From contig OZ024741.1 in the NCBI GenBank assembly GCA_964016885.1, forward strand, positions 338,520,001 to 338,584,000: a DNA stretch of 64,000 nt. The letters are read 5' to 3'. This document shows positions 12,853 to 24,884 of the stretch, piece by piece. Position 1 is the stretch's first letter, and each line of letters starts with the position of its first letter. The notes below the pieces were generated by a model, which saw only the letters and a list, made by a program, of their open reading frames with translations, made no database searches and was not told where the DNA came from. This DNA is from Eledone cirrhosa (lineage: Eukaryota). A program made the position numbers and the translations under genes.

Positions 12853-13183
12853 CGCGTGTATACATATATATATGTGTGGATGTCTGTGATCTATATACAC
12901 TGGTCATAGACACACTCACATACACACACATATATATACACAACAACAACACCAGCTCTCTCTCTCTCTCTGCTTATGAAGGTACCCAGAAAACCCCATA
13001 TCTCGGGAACCCGTGCTTCGATTTACGCGAAAATTGTTTTATTCCATTTGTATTCCCATTTCAAGGTCAACTTCCTTTCAAAGTATTTTCCCATTATGCG
13101 CCCTTTTGGCTGTATTACATTACAAACAAGCAAGCAAGCAATCACAGGATTTTAGTAATATATATATATATATATATATAAAT

Positions 13184-13857
13184 GAAATGAATACAAAGAG
13201 TTTAAAACCGTTAAAACATGTTTATATAATTGTGCACCTACGTACGTTTCGCCCTGAGCGGGCTTATCAAGGGCATGGAAAGCAAAATAATGTTCAATAT
13301 AGGACCCAGGAGGGAATTCACGGTTAAATTAACATCATCATTCATTTTCCCTCTGTGCATGTTTTTATTATCACAGAGCAGGGGAGGTAACTCTGGCCGG
13401 TGTTCAAGCAATCAGTCCCATGTGGATTTTTATGCCTGTTCATATGCTGGTGTTTAGCATCTTTATATTATGTGTGTTGTTTCACTAGTGCCAGTACAGG
13501 TCGGGTCTGGGGTGTCCATTTATTATTTAGTGGATGTTGCTTCACTAATGTTTGTTCGAACAACACATAATATAAAAATGCTAAACACCAGCATATGAAC
13601 AGGCATAAAAATCCACATGGGACTGATTGCTTGAGCACCGACCAGAGTTACTTCCCCTGCTCTGTGATAATAAAAACACATGCACAGAGGGAAAATGAAT
13701 GATGATGTTAATTTAACCGTGAATTCCCTCCTGGGTCCTATATTGAACATTATTTTGCTTTCCATGCCCTTGATAAGCCCGCTCAGGGCGAAACGTACGT
13801 AGGTGCACAATTATATAAACATGTTTTAATGGTTTTAAACTCTTTGTATTCATTTCC
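13184..13857. repeat. ~297-bp inverted repeat carrying a hammerhead-like motif in each arm
   Basis: 13184-13480 is the reverse complement of 13559-13857 (mirror ORFs 13230+ and 13523-); motif at 13765-13807. Confidence 0.9.
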
Positions 13858-14065
13858 TTTATAATCGCTCTGCTTATTTTTTCTCGCCCATTAAATATTG
13901 ACGCCTCTAATATTTAACCCTGTAGGCACGAGTATTGAGCACACATGCATAAACTATTGGCAACTAAATATATGTATTGACCATCTTTCCATTCTCTTCT
14001 CTCTCTCGATACCTAATCATTCTATATATATATATATATATATATACACATACACACAGAGAGAT

Positions 14066-14891
14066 CGCAATTTTCAGTGTATCACACTCCTAAAGTATTG
14101 TTATTACTCTGAGTTATAATTTATCGATATCACCTCATTGGGTGCTTTGACAACCCTCAGAGGATTGATTTCGAAAAATGCTAATCGCAGCTGCAACTTC
14201 GATTTTACTCACTATTATTTTTTTTTTCCTAGTCTTTATAATTGATTAATTGACTGATTAATTATTTATTTTTGTTTGATAACCTAGTTGAGAACTTACT
14301 TTAGAGGCTGAGAATAAATTCCTTTGTTCACACTTTTGAATTTGTCCGCCAAAGCTCGGATGTGAATCAACCTCTTTTCTTGAGAAAGAATACGTGACCC
14401 CGATGCCAAAGTTACTGCTACAGTACTTGGCAGTGGAGTTACTAAGCCACGCTGGTGGATGACGGAACGAAATGCCTGTTGAGAAAGGGATATCCTCGTT
14501 CCAGCTTAGGATACATTACTGGCTTGTATGTTACGCAAATTGGAGTGTAGCTCTCTGATTCTCAGAAACCAATCAAAGATATTTCGACCTTTTTGCACAA
14601 GGTCAGCAATTATCCAGTACATTACTGGTACTTTATTTTATCGACCCCATAAGGATGAAAGACAAAGTTACCATCAGGTCCAAGTTCGTTTTTAACCTGT
14701 TTGTATTTTCGTTGTTGTAGTGGCATTGTGACATCTTTCTGGTCGCAATTTTCACTGTATCACACTCCTAAAGTATTGTTATTACTCTCAGCTATAATTT
14801 ATCGATATCACCTCATTGAGTGCTTTGTACCAACCTTAGAGGATTGATTTTAAAAAATGCTAATCGCAGCTGCAACTTCGATTTAACTCAC

Positions 14892-14897
<6 letters not shown>
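14066..14897 (+). repeat. Two ~150-bp direct repeats (14066-14219 and 14744-14897)
   Basis: CGCAATTTTCA.TGTATCACACTCCTAAAG...ACTCACTATTATT occurs twice. Confidence 0.8.
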
Positions 14898-14946
<49 letters not shown>

Positions 14947-16124
14947 AGTGTGTAAAATCTCAACTGCAGCCACCAAGCGGTTTTGGCTTGTGGGTTCAGG
15001 AAGCCTTTCCAATGGCGTAGTAATATCTGTAAGGTATAAAAAAAAATAGGTCACTGGTCTTGGTAGTGCTTTGGCTGAGTTTATGGATAGATGGAGGAAA
15101 TGGGAGCACAGACAGTGGTAAGTATATGGAGACAAGTAAGAGGTCAGGAGAAGGAACAAGTGTGGTGGGGATAGGGGTGGTTAGTGGGTAGGAGTGAAGT
15201 AGGAGAAGGAGCATAATGGTCCTAGAAATAGAGGATGGGGTTATTTACAAATGGGTCTTATAGGCTGAAAGGGTATTTTTAAGTGAAGAGTTAACATTAA
15301 GTCGGTTATATAGAAGGGAAGAATTAACAGTAAAAAGTGGGTTATATAGAAGTAAGTTAACAGATGATTAAATAAAGTAGTGAATAGAAACAAATCAGGT
15401 AAAGTATAGGGTTTTAAAAATAAGTATAGTGGTGAAGTGTATGTTCCATGTGTATGAATACTGCATAGAGGCACACATAACAAAATACTGGGGAGCTATA
15501 GGTTTTGCATGAGAATACATGAATAAAAGAGTCAGATATTACTTTAAGGGAGGAGTGGGGGGAAGTGAGAATTTAGATAGCAGATAAATGAGTAGGTGGA
15601 GAGTGGGCAAGGTATACACAAACAGGCACAGGTGCATTCGTGTATGCACACAAACACACAGCACATTCCCTACCTGCAAGTGGTGTGCAGAAACATAGAT
15701 ATATATGATGATGGCTGCAACTCGATTTCGAGTAATGCCATCACTTGATACTTAAGCATGAGCATCAGGGACGTGGCTTTTTAATCCTGCAAGGAACTTG
15801 CCTATGGCCAGCAATACCATGCATCGCAAAAAATATCACATGTCAAGCGATGCCTGTGCTTGAAGCTTTTTTAAGTGAGGAAAGGCTTTGCACAGGGCAA
15901 TCCCACTCTCTAAACATAGAATGCATTTGACCAAAAAGAAAAACTGGTCTACAACATTGGGTGCAAACAAAGTTGCAGGTTTTATATCAGAGTGACCTTA
16001 TAATAACACGCATGTGCACATCCATCCACCATCACACTTACACACACACAGGCCCATGCATATCCCCAAGGGAAGAGGGGGATGGAACTGTCCACGCCCA
16101 TGCTCCTAATATATATATATATAT

Positions 16125-16900
16125 ATTAGAATTGGTGCTCTGCAATAGCAATGTATATATGAATGTATGTATAGTATATTTGGCAATATACCGTATGTTT
16201 AATTTAAAACATTTTGAAGACCTTGCGCTATCATTTTTAAAGTAGTGACTATGTCACTTCTTTTTTCGGCAAAAAAAGGGAGAGAAGCTGACATTCTGTT
16301 TCACGCTGTTGGCGATCCTCAGAGCATCGTACTCACCGCCTTTGCCGAAAATTATAGAGGCCGGATTCTTATAGAATTCCAGTAATAATCACGAACTAAT
16401 TATACAGAGCGATGTTCTGAGGATCGCCAACAGCGTGAAACAATCTGTCAGCTTCTCTCCCTTCTTTTGCCGAAAAAAGAAGTAAGTGACATAGTCACTA
16501 CTTTAAAAATGATAGCGCAAGGTCTTCAAAATCTTTTTAATTAAACATACGGTATATTGCCAAATATACTAAGCATACATTCATGTATACATCGCTATTT
16601 CAGAGCACCAATCCTAATTTTTAATTTTTGCTGGACCGGCAATCGCTCTGTATAATCAGTTCCTGATTATTACTGGAATTCTATAAGAATCCAGCCTCTA
16701 TAATTTTCGACAAAGGTGGGGAGTATGATGCTCTGAGGATCGCCAACAGCGTGAAACAGAATCTGTCAACTCATCTCCTTTCTTTTGCCGAAAAAAGAAG
16801 TGACATAGTCACTACTTTAAAAATGATAGTAAAAGGTCTTCAAAATCTTTTTAATTAAACATACAGTATTTTGCCAAATATACTATACATACATTCATAT
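16125..16900 (+). mobile_element. Retrozyme-like array: one inverted copy plus ~1.5 tandem 316-nt units, three hammerhead motifs
   Basis: CTGAGGA-TCGCCAACAGCGT-GAAA-CA..TGTC at 16417 (+), 16733 (+) and 16322 (-); flanked by (TA)n. Confidence 0.8.
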
Positions 16901-17059
16901 GTATATATATATATATTTGTGTGTGTGTGTATATATAAATATATATATATATATGTGTATAAGAGATGTCAAAATGTATGGACCTGTTATTTTTATCTAA
17001 AAACATTTTTTCCAATTCCGACCCACCCATCCCTTCAATCTATCTTATTTCTCATTCTT

Positions 17060-17095
17060 TCTTCTGATGAAAGGCTAGCGTCCAAAACGTCAAGA
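17060..17095 (+). ncRNA. Minimal hammerhead motif, mutated (GAAA>AAAA)
   Basis: TCTT-CTGATGA-AAGGCTAGCGTCC-AAAA-CG-TC-AAGA. Confidence 0.5.
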
Positions 17096-17320
17096 CCCTC
17101 TTCCTGCTATTTCAAGCGTTAACCTAATATATTCCTTTCATATACTGTACCAATTGTATTGTTATTTCTGTTTACCTTTTACATATGTATATGTATATAT
17201 TTATATATATACATATATATATATATATATGATATATATGTAGGAGGTGAGTTTTATTGTAGCACAATAAAGCAATGCAAATATCGGATAAGTACCACTC
17301 AACAGTTTATAGGACGGGAG

Positions 17321-17664
17321 TATAAATAATATAAAATCAAAAGATGGTTAAAAGAGTTCCATGTATTTTATTATGCGCATTTCAAAAACAAATATCATCA
17401 TGAGATGATATTTGCGTTCTCATCAGATAAAATAGGGAGACATGATATGAAGCTTAAAAAACACTTGCGAGCAGTGAAGTGTTAAATCAACATATTGATT
17501 TAACACTTCACTGCTCGCAAGTGTTTTTTAAGCTTCATATCATGTCTCCCTATTTTATCTGATGAGAACGCAAATATCATCTCATGATGATATTTGTTTT
17601 TGAAATGCGCATAATAAAATACATGGAACTCTTTTAACCATCTTTTGATTTTATATTATTTATA
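17321..17664. repeat. Near-perfect 170-bp-arm palindrome with a hammerhead motif in each arm
   Basis: 4-nt centre CATA at 17491-17494; + strand motif at 17551-17621. Confidence 0.9.
17551..17621 (+). ncRNA. Type I hammerhead ribozyme
   Basis: TATTTTAT-CTGATGA-GAACGCAAATATCATC/GATGATATTTGTTTTT-GAAA-TGCGCA-TA-ATAAAATA. Confidence 0.75.
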
Positions 17665-17884
17665 TATATATGATGATATATGGGATAACAAGTTATCGTT
17701 ATAGGTAATCTAGTTAGAGGTTGTGAGTACTGTGTATTGTCGATAGTTTTAACGTATGACAAGAAGTTTCCATAGTTAGGTAGCGAGTTCGCGAGAATTC
17801 CTATGCAGGTTATTCTTGGAGTAATTTTGTCGGCTGTACAAAAAGGGTTTTATTTTAAGTATTAACAATTGTTTCATTGATCAG

Positions 17885-18223
17885 AGGCACATGGCTTAGT
17901 GGTTAGAGCATTGGCCTTGCAATCAAAAGGTTGTGAGTTCAATTCTCAGACTGGGTGATGTGTTGTTTCCTTGAGCAAGACACTTTATTTCACATTGCTC
18001 CAGTTTACTCAGCTGTAGAAATGAGATGATAGGGACTGGGGTCCCTATCATTCCACTGCAAAGTGGACGTGTAGGCGCCACGGCAAAAAAGCACCCAGCA
18101 CTCACTGTAAATGAGGTTGGTGTTAGGAAGGGCATCCAGCTGTAGAAATCAAGCCAGAATCAGTTCCCGTCCCACCCTTGCAAGCAGGGAAAAGCGGACG
18201 TAAAATGAAATGATGATGATGAA
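17885..18223 (+). mobile_element. CORE-type SINE with 7-bp TSD TGATCAG
   Basis: TGATCAG at 17878-17884 and 18224-18230; interrupts the left arm of an inverted repeat. Confidence 0.9.
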
Positions 18224-18629
18224 TGATCAGGTGAGTCTAAAGGCCGCTAATCACTCAAAGTTGCGTCACTCGACCTTAAATACAGTGTTTACCTCATCGG
18301 AATACTGGGGGTTTTACATATGGCATTGGTATATATAGATACAACGGAGAATCAAAACAATAACATCAATAATAAAAGATAATAATAAAGAAGTAAAGAA
18401 GTTAGAATGAAGATGATACAGAGGAAAAATAAGTAAAACAATAATAAGTACAGAATACGATTGCTGATGATAGTGGTGGTGTTGGTGATTAAAGTTACAG
18501 TGGTGAGTCAGTGTATGTTTAAAGAAATGATGAGGGTAGAGATAATACTAACATGAAAAGCAACATTTGATGTTATTGTTTTGATTCTCCGTTGTATCTA
18601 TATATACCAATGCCATATGCAAAACCTCC

Positions 18630-18727
18630 AGTATTCCGATGATTTGATCAGAGGTAAACACTGTATTTAAGGTCGAGTGATTAGCGGCCTTTAGACTCAC
18701 CTGATCAATGAAACAATTGTTAATACT
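18630..18727 (+). ncRNA. Hammerhead-like motif (core CCGATGA) in the right arm of inverted repeat 17829-18756
   Basis: AGTATT-CCGATGA-TTTGATCAG...CTGATCAAT-GAAA-CAATTG-TT-AATACT. Confidence 0.6.
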
Positions 18728-18784
18728 TGAAATAAAACCCTTTTTGTACAGCCGACCATGTTATTCTTCACTCTTTCACTATAC

Positions 18785-18824
<40 letters not shown>

Positions 18825-19164
18825 CAAGATTGCTTTTGACAGCGGCTGACGATATACACGTAGGTAAATATATTCCTTATTTGATATTTTGTAACTAACC
18901 TTACATAGATCGATAACGAAATATGCGTACTGTGTATTATTATTACCTAGAAACGATCGTAAAGCAGTGAAGTATATTCCTAATGACTTGAATTTTTATT
19001 TCATTGTTTTAACTTATATCATGACTGTGTTTTCCTTTTGATATTTTATTGTTTTCCGGGATTTATTTTAACCTACAACATTTTCAACATATATTTTACA
19101 TTGAGTTCTTCATGCAGACTAGACCCCACAACTAACCATGGATACTTCTGTGTATATATATATA

Positions 19165-19201
<37 letters not shown>

Positions 19202-19384
19202 GTATGTATTTATATATATATAAACGGAAAAAAATGAAACGAAATTTCATTTCCCACTCTTAGTACGGTTGTTACTTAAAAAGTATGTACACGTACATAC
19301 ATATATGTATACAGACGTACAGTAGTATGTATATATATATACATACACGCACACATATATATATGTACGTATGGATTCACTGAA

Positions 19385-21150
19385 CATTTATTATAATGCT
19401 CGGTGTGTTTGAATAGGGTGGTGTTGTCTGCGTACTGTAGGTCGGTTAAGTGGTAATTCCTGAAGGTAACACTAGAAACTCACTCACATACTTTGGTCAT
19501 CAGATAGTCAATGACGTAGCTGAAAAGGTCAGGGGCAGCCTTGTCTGACCCCGCTGTTGATGGGGAACCAGTCGGAGTCCTTCCCGTTCTCCCACACACA
19601 AATCTTGACACTGCTATAGAGCCATTGGAACAGGGTATGATCTTTGGAGGTGCACCAACAAGCTGGAGAATTTTCCAGAGGGATGTGTGGTTGACTATGT
19701 CAAAAGCCTCCTTAAGGTTGATGAAGGCAACATAGAGGCTGCAATCATATAGATGTGATCAGCGGTGGATCGATTAGATATGAATACAGCTTGTTGTGGA
19801 CGACATCTGCTTCTGTTGGCTGGAAGAGCAAAGTTGAGGAGGATCTTGGTGAAGACTCTGCTTAGGATGGAGAGAAGCATGATGCCCCTATGGTTGCAGC
19901 AGATGAGTTAATCACCTTTCCATTCACAGAAGGAGAGGATAATGCCTCGAGTCCAGTCATTTGGAAGTGGCTCTGACACCCATACATGGTTGATGATACG
20001 GGTGGGCCACTGGATCATGTTATCTCCACACGCCTTCAACATTTCTGTGGTGATGGTGCAGATTCCAAGGACTCTGTCGTTTTGAGCTTCTTCAGGGTGG
20101 CTCTGACTTTATTGGGAGTGACAGAATCGAGTCTGCAGGAGTTGTTGGCTGAAGCCATGTCTGTGGTGGTGGTTAGACTGGGATCAATTGGGACTGGTGG
20201 GTGATGCAGAAGAAGGCTGAAGTAATCCTTCCAGCATTCGAGGTGGTTTCAGTGGTGATGACGTTGCCATTGGTAGCCTTCACCATGGTTGTCTTGATCT
20301 GGTTACCTGCACAAGCTCTGTGGAGTGTGTTGATTACCTGGCTGAGGTTCTTGTTCCTTGCTGTTATCTCCAGGCCCTCGGCTTCTTCCGCCCAAATTTT
20401 CTCCCTGTCAGCTGTGATGGCCTTGTTGCATATCTGGTTGAGCCAGTGGTACTCATTCATGTTGCTGCACAGGCAAGCCTTGTGGTGACAGTTAATCAAC
20501 TTCAGTGTCCGCAGTAAACTCCAGAAGAACTCTTGTGTTTAACAGGACGTTGCGCCCTGACTGGTTAATGCTTGATTTAAAGATATCTCAGTTGTCAGAT
20601 GCTGAAGTGATTGGCGATAGAGCACGCAAATGTAGAGGCGATGTTGGGATCGTGGAGACAAGATGAGTCAGGGCGGGATTGGTACTTGGTGCAGGGTCCA
20701 CTTGCAACTTCAGCCTCAGTGTCACAGCCAGCAACCAATGATCAGTATTGCTGAGTTGAGCTCTGGCAGTTGGTGATAAACAACCTCCAACAACAGATGA
20801 TGATGATGTGGTCGATTGCCTTCCAGGTGTAACCATCCGGACTGTACCAGGTCCAGTAATGGATGAGTTTGCAGGGGAATCAGGTGTCAGCAATACACAG
20901 ATTGTTGTAATGGCAGAGGAGCAGCAGGCAATCACAGTTGTCATTGGTGGATGGGTTGGTGAAGATGGCACCAATGGGCTGAGCCTACAATGGGTCGGTT
21001 GGGGTGAGCCTGGCATCCATCAGGATGATCGTGATGTCATGGGGTGAGATTTGTCCCAAGACTTGTTAAAGCTGGTTGTAGAAGTCATCCTTGACAATGT
21101 CTGTAAAGGCATAGGCAACGATGATAGTCATCTTCTCGTGCTGGTGGAGA
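19385..21150 (-). mobile_element. Degenerate RTE-clade LINE
   Basis: Minus-strand remnants MLLSILSRVFTKILL, NRSTADHIY and TDHWLL; many disablements. Confidence 0.7.
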
Positions 21151-21169
21151 AAACAAGATTGTAAGATAA

Positions 21170-22300
21170 AATGCTGTTCAAAACGTTGAGAAACGGTCCA
21201 TCAGGTGCTTGTATGCTGTGTGTGTGAAGAAGTCAGCATCATTTGTGTAAAGAAGTTCTCTGACCAAATCTTGAAATGTTTTTGTTTTGGTATTAAACCT
21301 TCTCAAGTGGAAAACCTTTCCAATGTTTCTGAACCACAAGAGGATGCCTTTTTCACAATCATCGAAAGTATGTGTAAGCAAGGCAGCAAAGAAGACTGAG
21401 AAAAGCATAGGGACAGGAATATCACATTGCTTTACCCCATTGTCAATTAAAATTTCCCTAGATAGTTGACCATCGAAGGTAACTTCAGCTTTCATATCCC
21501 TTTGCACCTGCTTTACCATGCTCACACACTTAGGAAAACATCCTATTTTTCCAAGTATTATCCAGAGTGCATCTCAGTTAACTGTGTCAAAAGCTTTTTT
21601 TAGGTTGACAAACTTAATATAGAGGGATACGCTGCTTGATGCATTTTCTTTTATCTGTCTTGTAGTGAAAATCATATCAACTATATCTCTTTCTCACTCT
21701 GAAACTACTGTGATTCTGGGATAACTACACAACAGATATCTTGCTCCAATTTGTTGAGCAAAAGCCTTGCTAGTAGCTTATCAATTGAGTGATACCACAA
21801 TAGTTACCACATATCAATTTTCACCTTTGCATAACGATAACAGAATACAATTGATCCAATCTTGTGGAATCAGAGTCCCATTTCTCCTATTAATGATGAA
21901 GTTGTTTATCACTTCTGACTTTCAGCAGTTCAACTGGGATGTGTTGACCAGATGCTTTGCCTGAATTAACCTGCTTGATAGCTAATTTTATTTCATCAGG
22001 AAAAGGAAATCATTCCATCTGGTGCACTATTTCACATTAAGGAAGCCCCTCTAAACTCCAAAATTGACTTTCTGAAAGATTTTTGATGGCTCTTTGATGA
22101 TATTCATGTTGTCTTTAAACATAAGAGGGGTTACTGAAAAAATGTGTGCGCTGAAGACTTGATGTATCAACAAATAAAATGACTTTGAATTTTGGGTACT
22201 AAAAACATATTGAATTTCCAAAGAGACATACCTCCATCACTCATTTTTCATTCTGCATAGTTTGCATTGAAAAATGGACTTGTGATATTTGTAGGCTTTC
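21170..22300 (-). mobile_element. Degenerate RTE/BovB-like LINE
   Basis: ORF 21178-21525: NGVKQCDIPVPMLFSVFF...FHLRRFNTKTK...RELLYTND. Confidence 0.75.
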
Positions 22301-22649
22301 TCAGCAGCCAGTCAGCTTGGTTTCCAGTAGCTGGTTGATATTAGGATCGTTGTCATGAAACCAGTCTACATGGAATATTTTTTGTGTATGTGTGACATCC
22401 AAATGAGTATCCTCCTCCTCCAATTAACTTGGTCCCAGCTGGCCAACAGGATGGAGAATACATTGCTCCGGAGGACAGTGAGGGAGACATGCTGGAACAG
22501 CCACTACTCCTTGCACTTGCGAGCAGCCAACTCCACTTTGATAACAGTGAGCAGAGATGTAGATCAGGAGCCAAGAATGCCGTAAGTCTCTACTGCTACA
22601 GGCTCTACCACAAACCTATCAGATCAACTGATACTTGGTTTATTGTCAG

Positions 22650-22925
22650 GTCACTCTTGAGCCCTATTGATAACATATAACCAAGTACAACCTGTTGTAT
22701 GTTCAGGTTGTTGGCGACTCAGCTGGTAACCCCACCAAGCTTACATACCTTTAAATTTGTACCTGTGATCAGTGGGGCTCTTGGATATGTTACTAACTGC
22801 CTTAGTACATATCTTGGGAAGCTGGGCTTTATAGAACCAGAAAGGACATGGCTAGTTAGAAAGTTGCAAGTACAGTTAATTAATGGAACTGTTAAAATGT
22901 TTGCAGAGCACTGCCGAATCACCAC
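22650..22925 (+). mobile_element. C-terminal fragment of an RLE-type (R4/Dong-like) non-LTR element
   Basis: FVPVISGALGYV...LGKLGF...KLQVQLINGTVKM resembles the RLE C-terminus. Confidence 0.5.
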
Positions 22926-23173
22926 ACAGACTTGGATGTAATATCTCTCCCGCCCTCTCTTTCGTTGCTTGATTCTCTTTTTTGCATAAGGGTGGAGGGG
23001 ATTAATTTAAATATTAATATCCTTTTCATAACTACTTGCCTTTTGACTGTATCATTATAATTTTTTAATTTTCAGAAAATCCGCATATACACATGTATAG
23101 ACAGAAAACCATATGCACATACAGATTCAGCACATGCAATAACACCAATACCTATACACACATATATCAAACA

Positions 23174-23344
23174 TACGAGGGTCGGCTGAAAGTTCATAGG
23201 CTGACCGAAATACTCTCATGGAATGACCAAATGAGGTTTATTTTTTCAACATAGGACCTGAAAAGAAACAATACGAGTTGAAATTAATGCATGCAACATT
23301 TTACAGCTCTCGCATCACTCCTTCATAGTCAGCCTACCCTCGTA
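23174..23344. mobile_element. Mariner-type MITE
   Basis: TA-CGAGGG...CCCTCG-TA termini; relatives at 24701, 28208 and ~552. Confidence 0.8.
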
Positions 23345-24455
23345 CATACGTATTTACTTAGTCGATGTTGTCTAAATTCCAACGAAAGAGTCTTGTCTCT
23401 GTTAGAAACGGGCGCTCTCTGTATCGATGAAAATTTATAAATATTAAAACCATAACACACACGCGCACAGAATTCAGTAGAACAAAGGCGAATATTTCAC
23501 ATTTTCAATTTCTTTGTTTGGACTAAGAATAATGAGCTGACCGGTGATACCGGTGTTGTTTTCCCAACGAAAAAAAAAAGTAAAATTTTGACACCACTTT
23601 TATACTTAACAAATATTATTTTTTTTTTTACAATTTGTATTTATTAGCGTTCTAACTGAAAATATGTCATAACAAAAATATATCGATCTCTATGAACTAG
23701 TCAATATTTCAAATGAAAAATAAAACTTAACACAAAATATCGATTGTGAAATTAGATCTTTGTATGAGATGTTTATGAGGTTATTTGCCCTTGCTCCATT
23801 AACATCAGTCCTCCCACCACAGTCTCTTTCTCTCTCTCCTCCTACCACAACCACCGTCTTTTTCGCTCTCTTCCCATCCCAGTCTCTCTCTCTCCTTCTC
23901 CATTAATATCTATCCTTCCACCACAACCACTAGTCTCTTTCTTTCTTTTTTCTCCATTAATATCTTTCCTCTCACTCCAAGCACCACAGTCTCTTTCTCT
24001 CTCCTTTTCCATTCATATCTCTGCTCTCACCACAACCACCTCTTTCTCTCCTCTCACCACCAGGGTCTTTTTCTCTCTCTCCTCTTTCTATTCCACCAAG
24101 GTAAGTCTTTTTGTAACTGTTTTCTTTTACAAAAATATTTTGCCCGTTAAACTCTTCATTACACAACCGAAGCCGATAAATTGACACAAAATACGTTATA
24201 AACAAAGAACGAAACTATGCGAGAAGAAAAAAAGGGAGCTAGAGTTTTTTTAAATGTCCAAAAACAAAACAAAACAACGACCTGTCTCTATATCGGCTGT
24301 TTAGAAGAGCTGCTTATTTTTCTCCCTTTCTGTGGTTGTTTTTCCCATTTTCTTTCTTTCTGTTTCGATGTATCTACTACCTTCCTCTCTCTTTCTCTTT
24401 GTTTCGGAAATATTTTAGCGCTGCTAGCATCATTATAATTACGATAAGAATTAGC

Positions 24456-24464
24456 GAGGTATGT
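24456..24464 (+). promoter_or_regulatory. Candidate splice donor of a non-coding first exon of the ZNF gene
   Basis: GAG|GTATGT after a relatively CpG-rich, non-repetitive stretch (24160-24458); assignment to the ZNF gene is inferred. Confidence 0.3.
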
Positions 24465-24700
24465 TAGTGAAAATAAAGTATCGTTTAGTGACAGGGAGAG
24501 GACTACAAGAGAGTAAATTACACTGCAGACAAGGTGCTAGAGATTATCATAATGAAAACATATATGCGAGTCCCTAGTTCAATTGGGAGTAACCACAGTA
24601 AGGTACTCAATACATCAGTAGAGTGTAAACATCAAATTTAATATAGAAATGCTTCTACAGGACTAGAACTGTATCATTTCTATATTAAATTTGATATATA

Positions 24701-24884
24701 TACGAGGGTCGGATGAATAGTTAATAGGCTGACCAAAACATTCATGCAATGACCAAATGAGGTTTATTTTTCAACATAGTGCCTGAAAAGAAACAATGCA
24801 GTTACTAATAAGAAGAGTTAAAATTAATGCATGCATGATTTCACAGCCCTAGCATCACTCTTTCATAATCAGCCTATCGTCGTA
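24701..24884. mobile_element. Mariner-type MITE
   Basis: TACGAGGGTCGG start; collinear with 23174-23344. Confidence 0.75.

Noticed and set aside
13230-13810. Duplicated MCTYVRFALSG ORFs as paralogous genes
   Set aside because: Non-ATG starts and a frame difference between arms; by-product of the inverted repeat.
15000-15600. Possible decayed Penelope coding region on the minus strand
   Set aside because: Too degenerate to support by eye.
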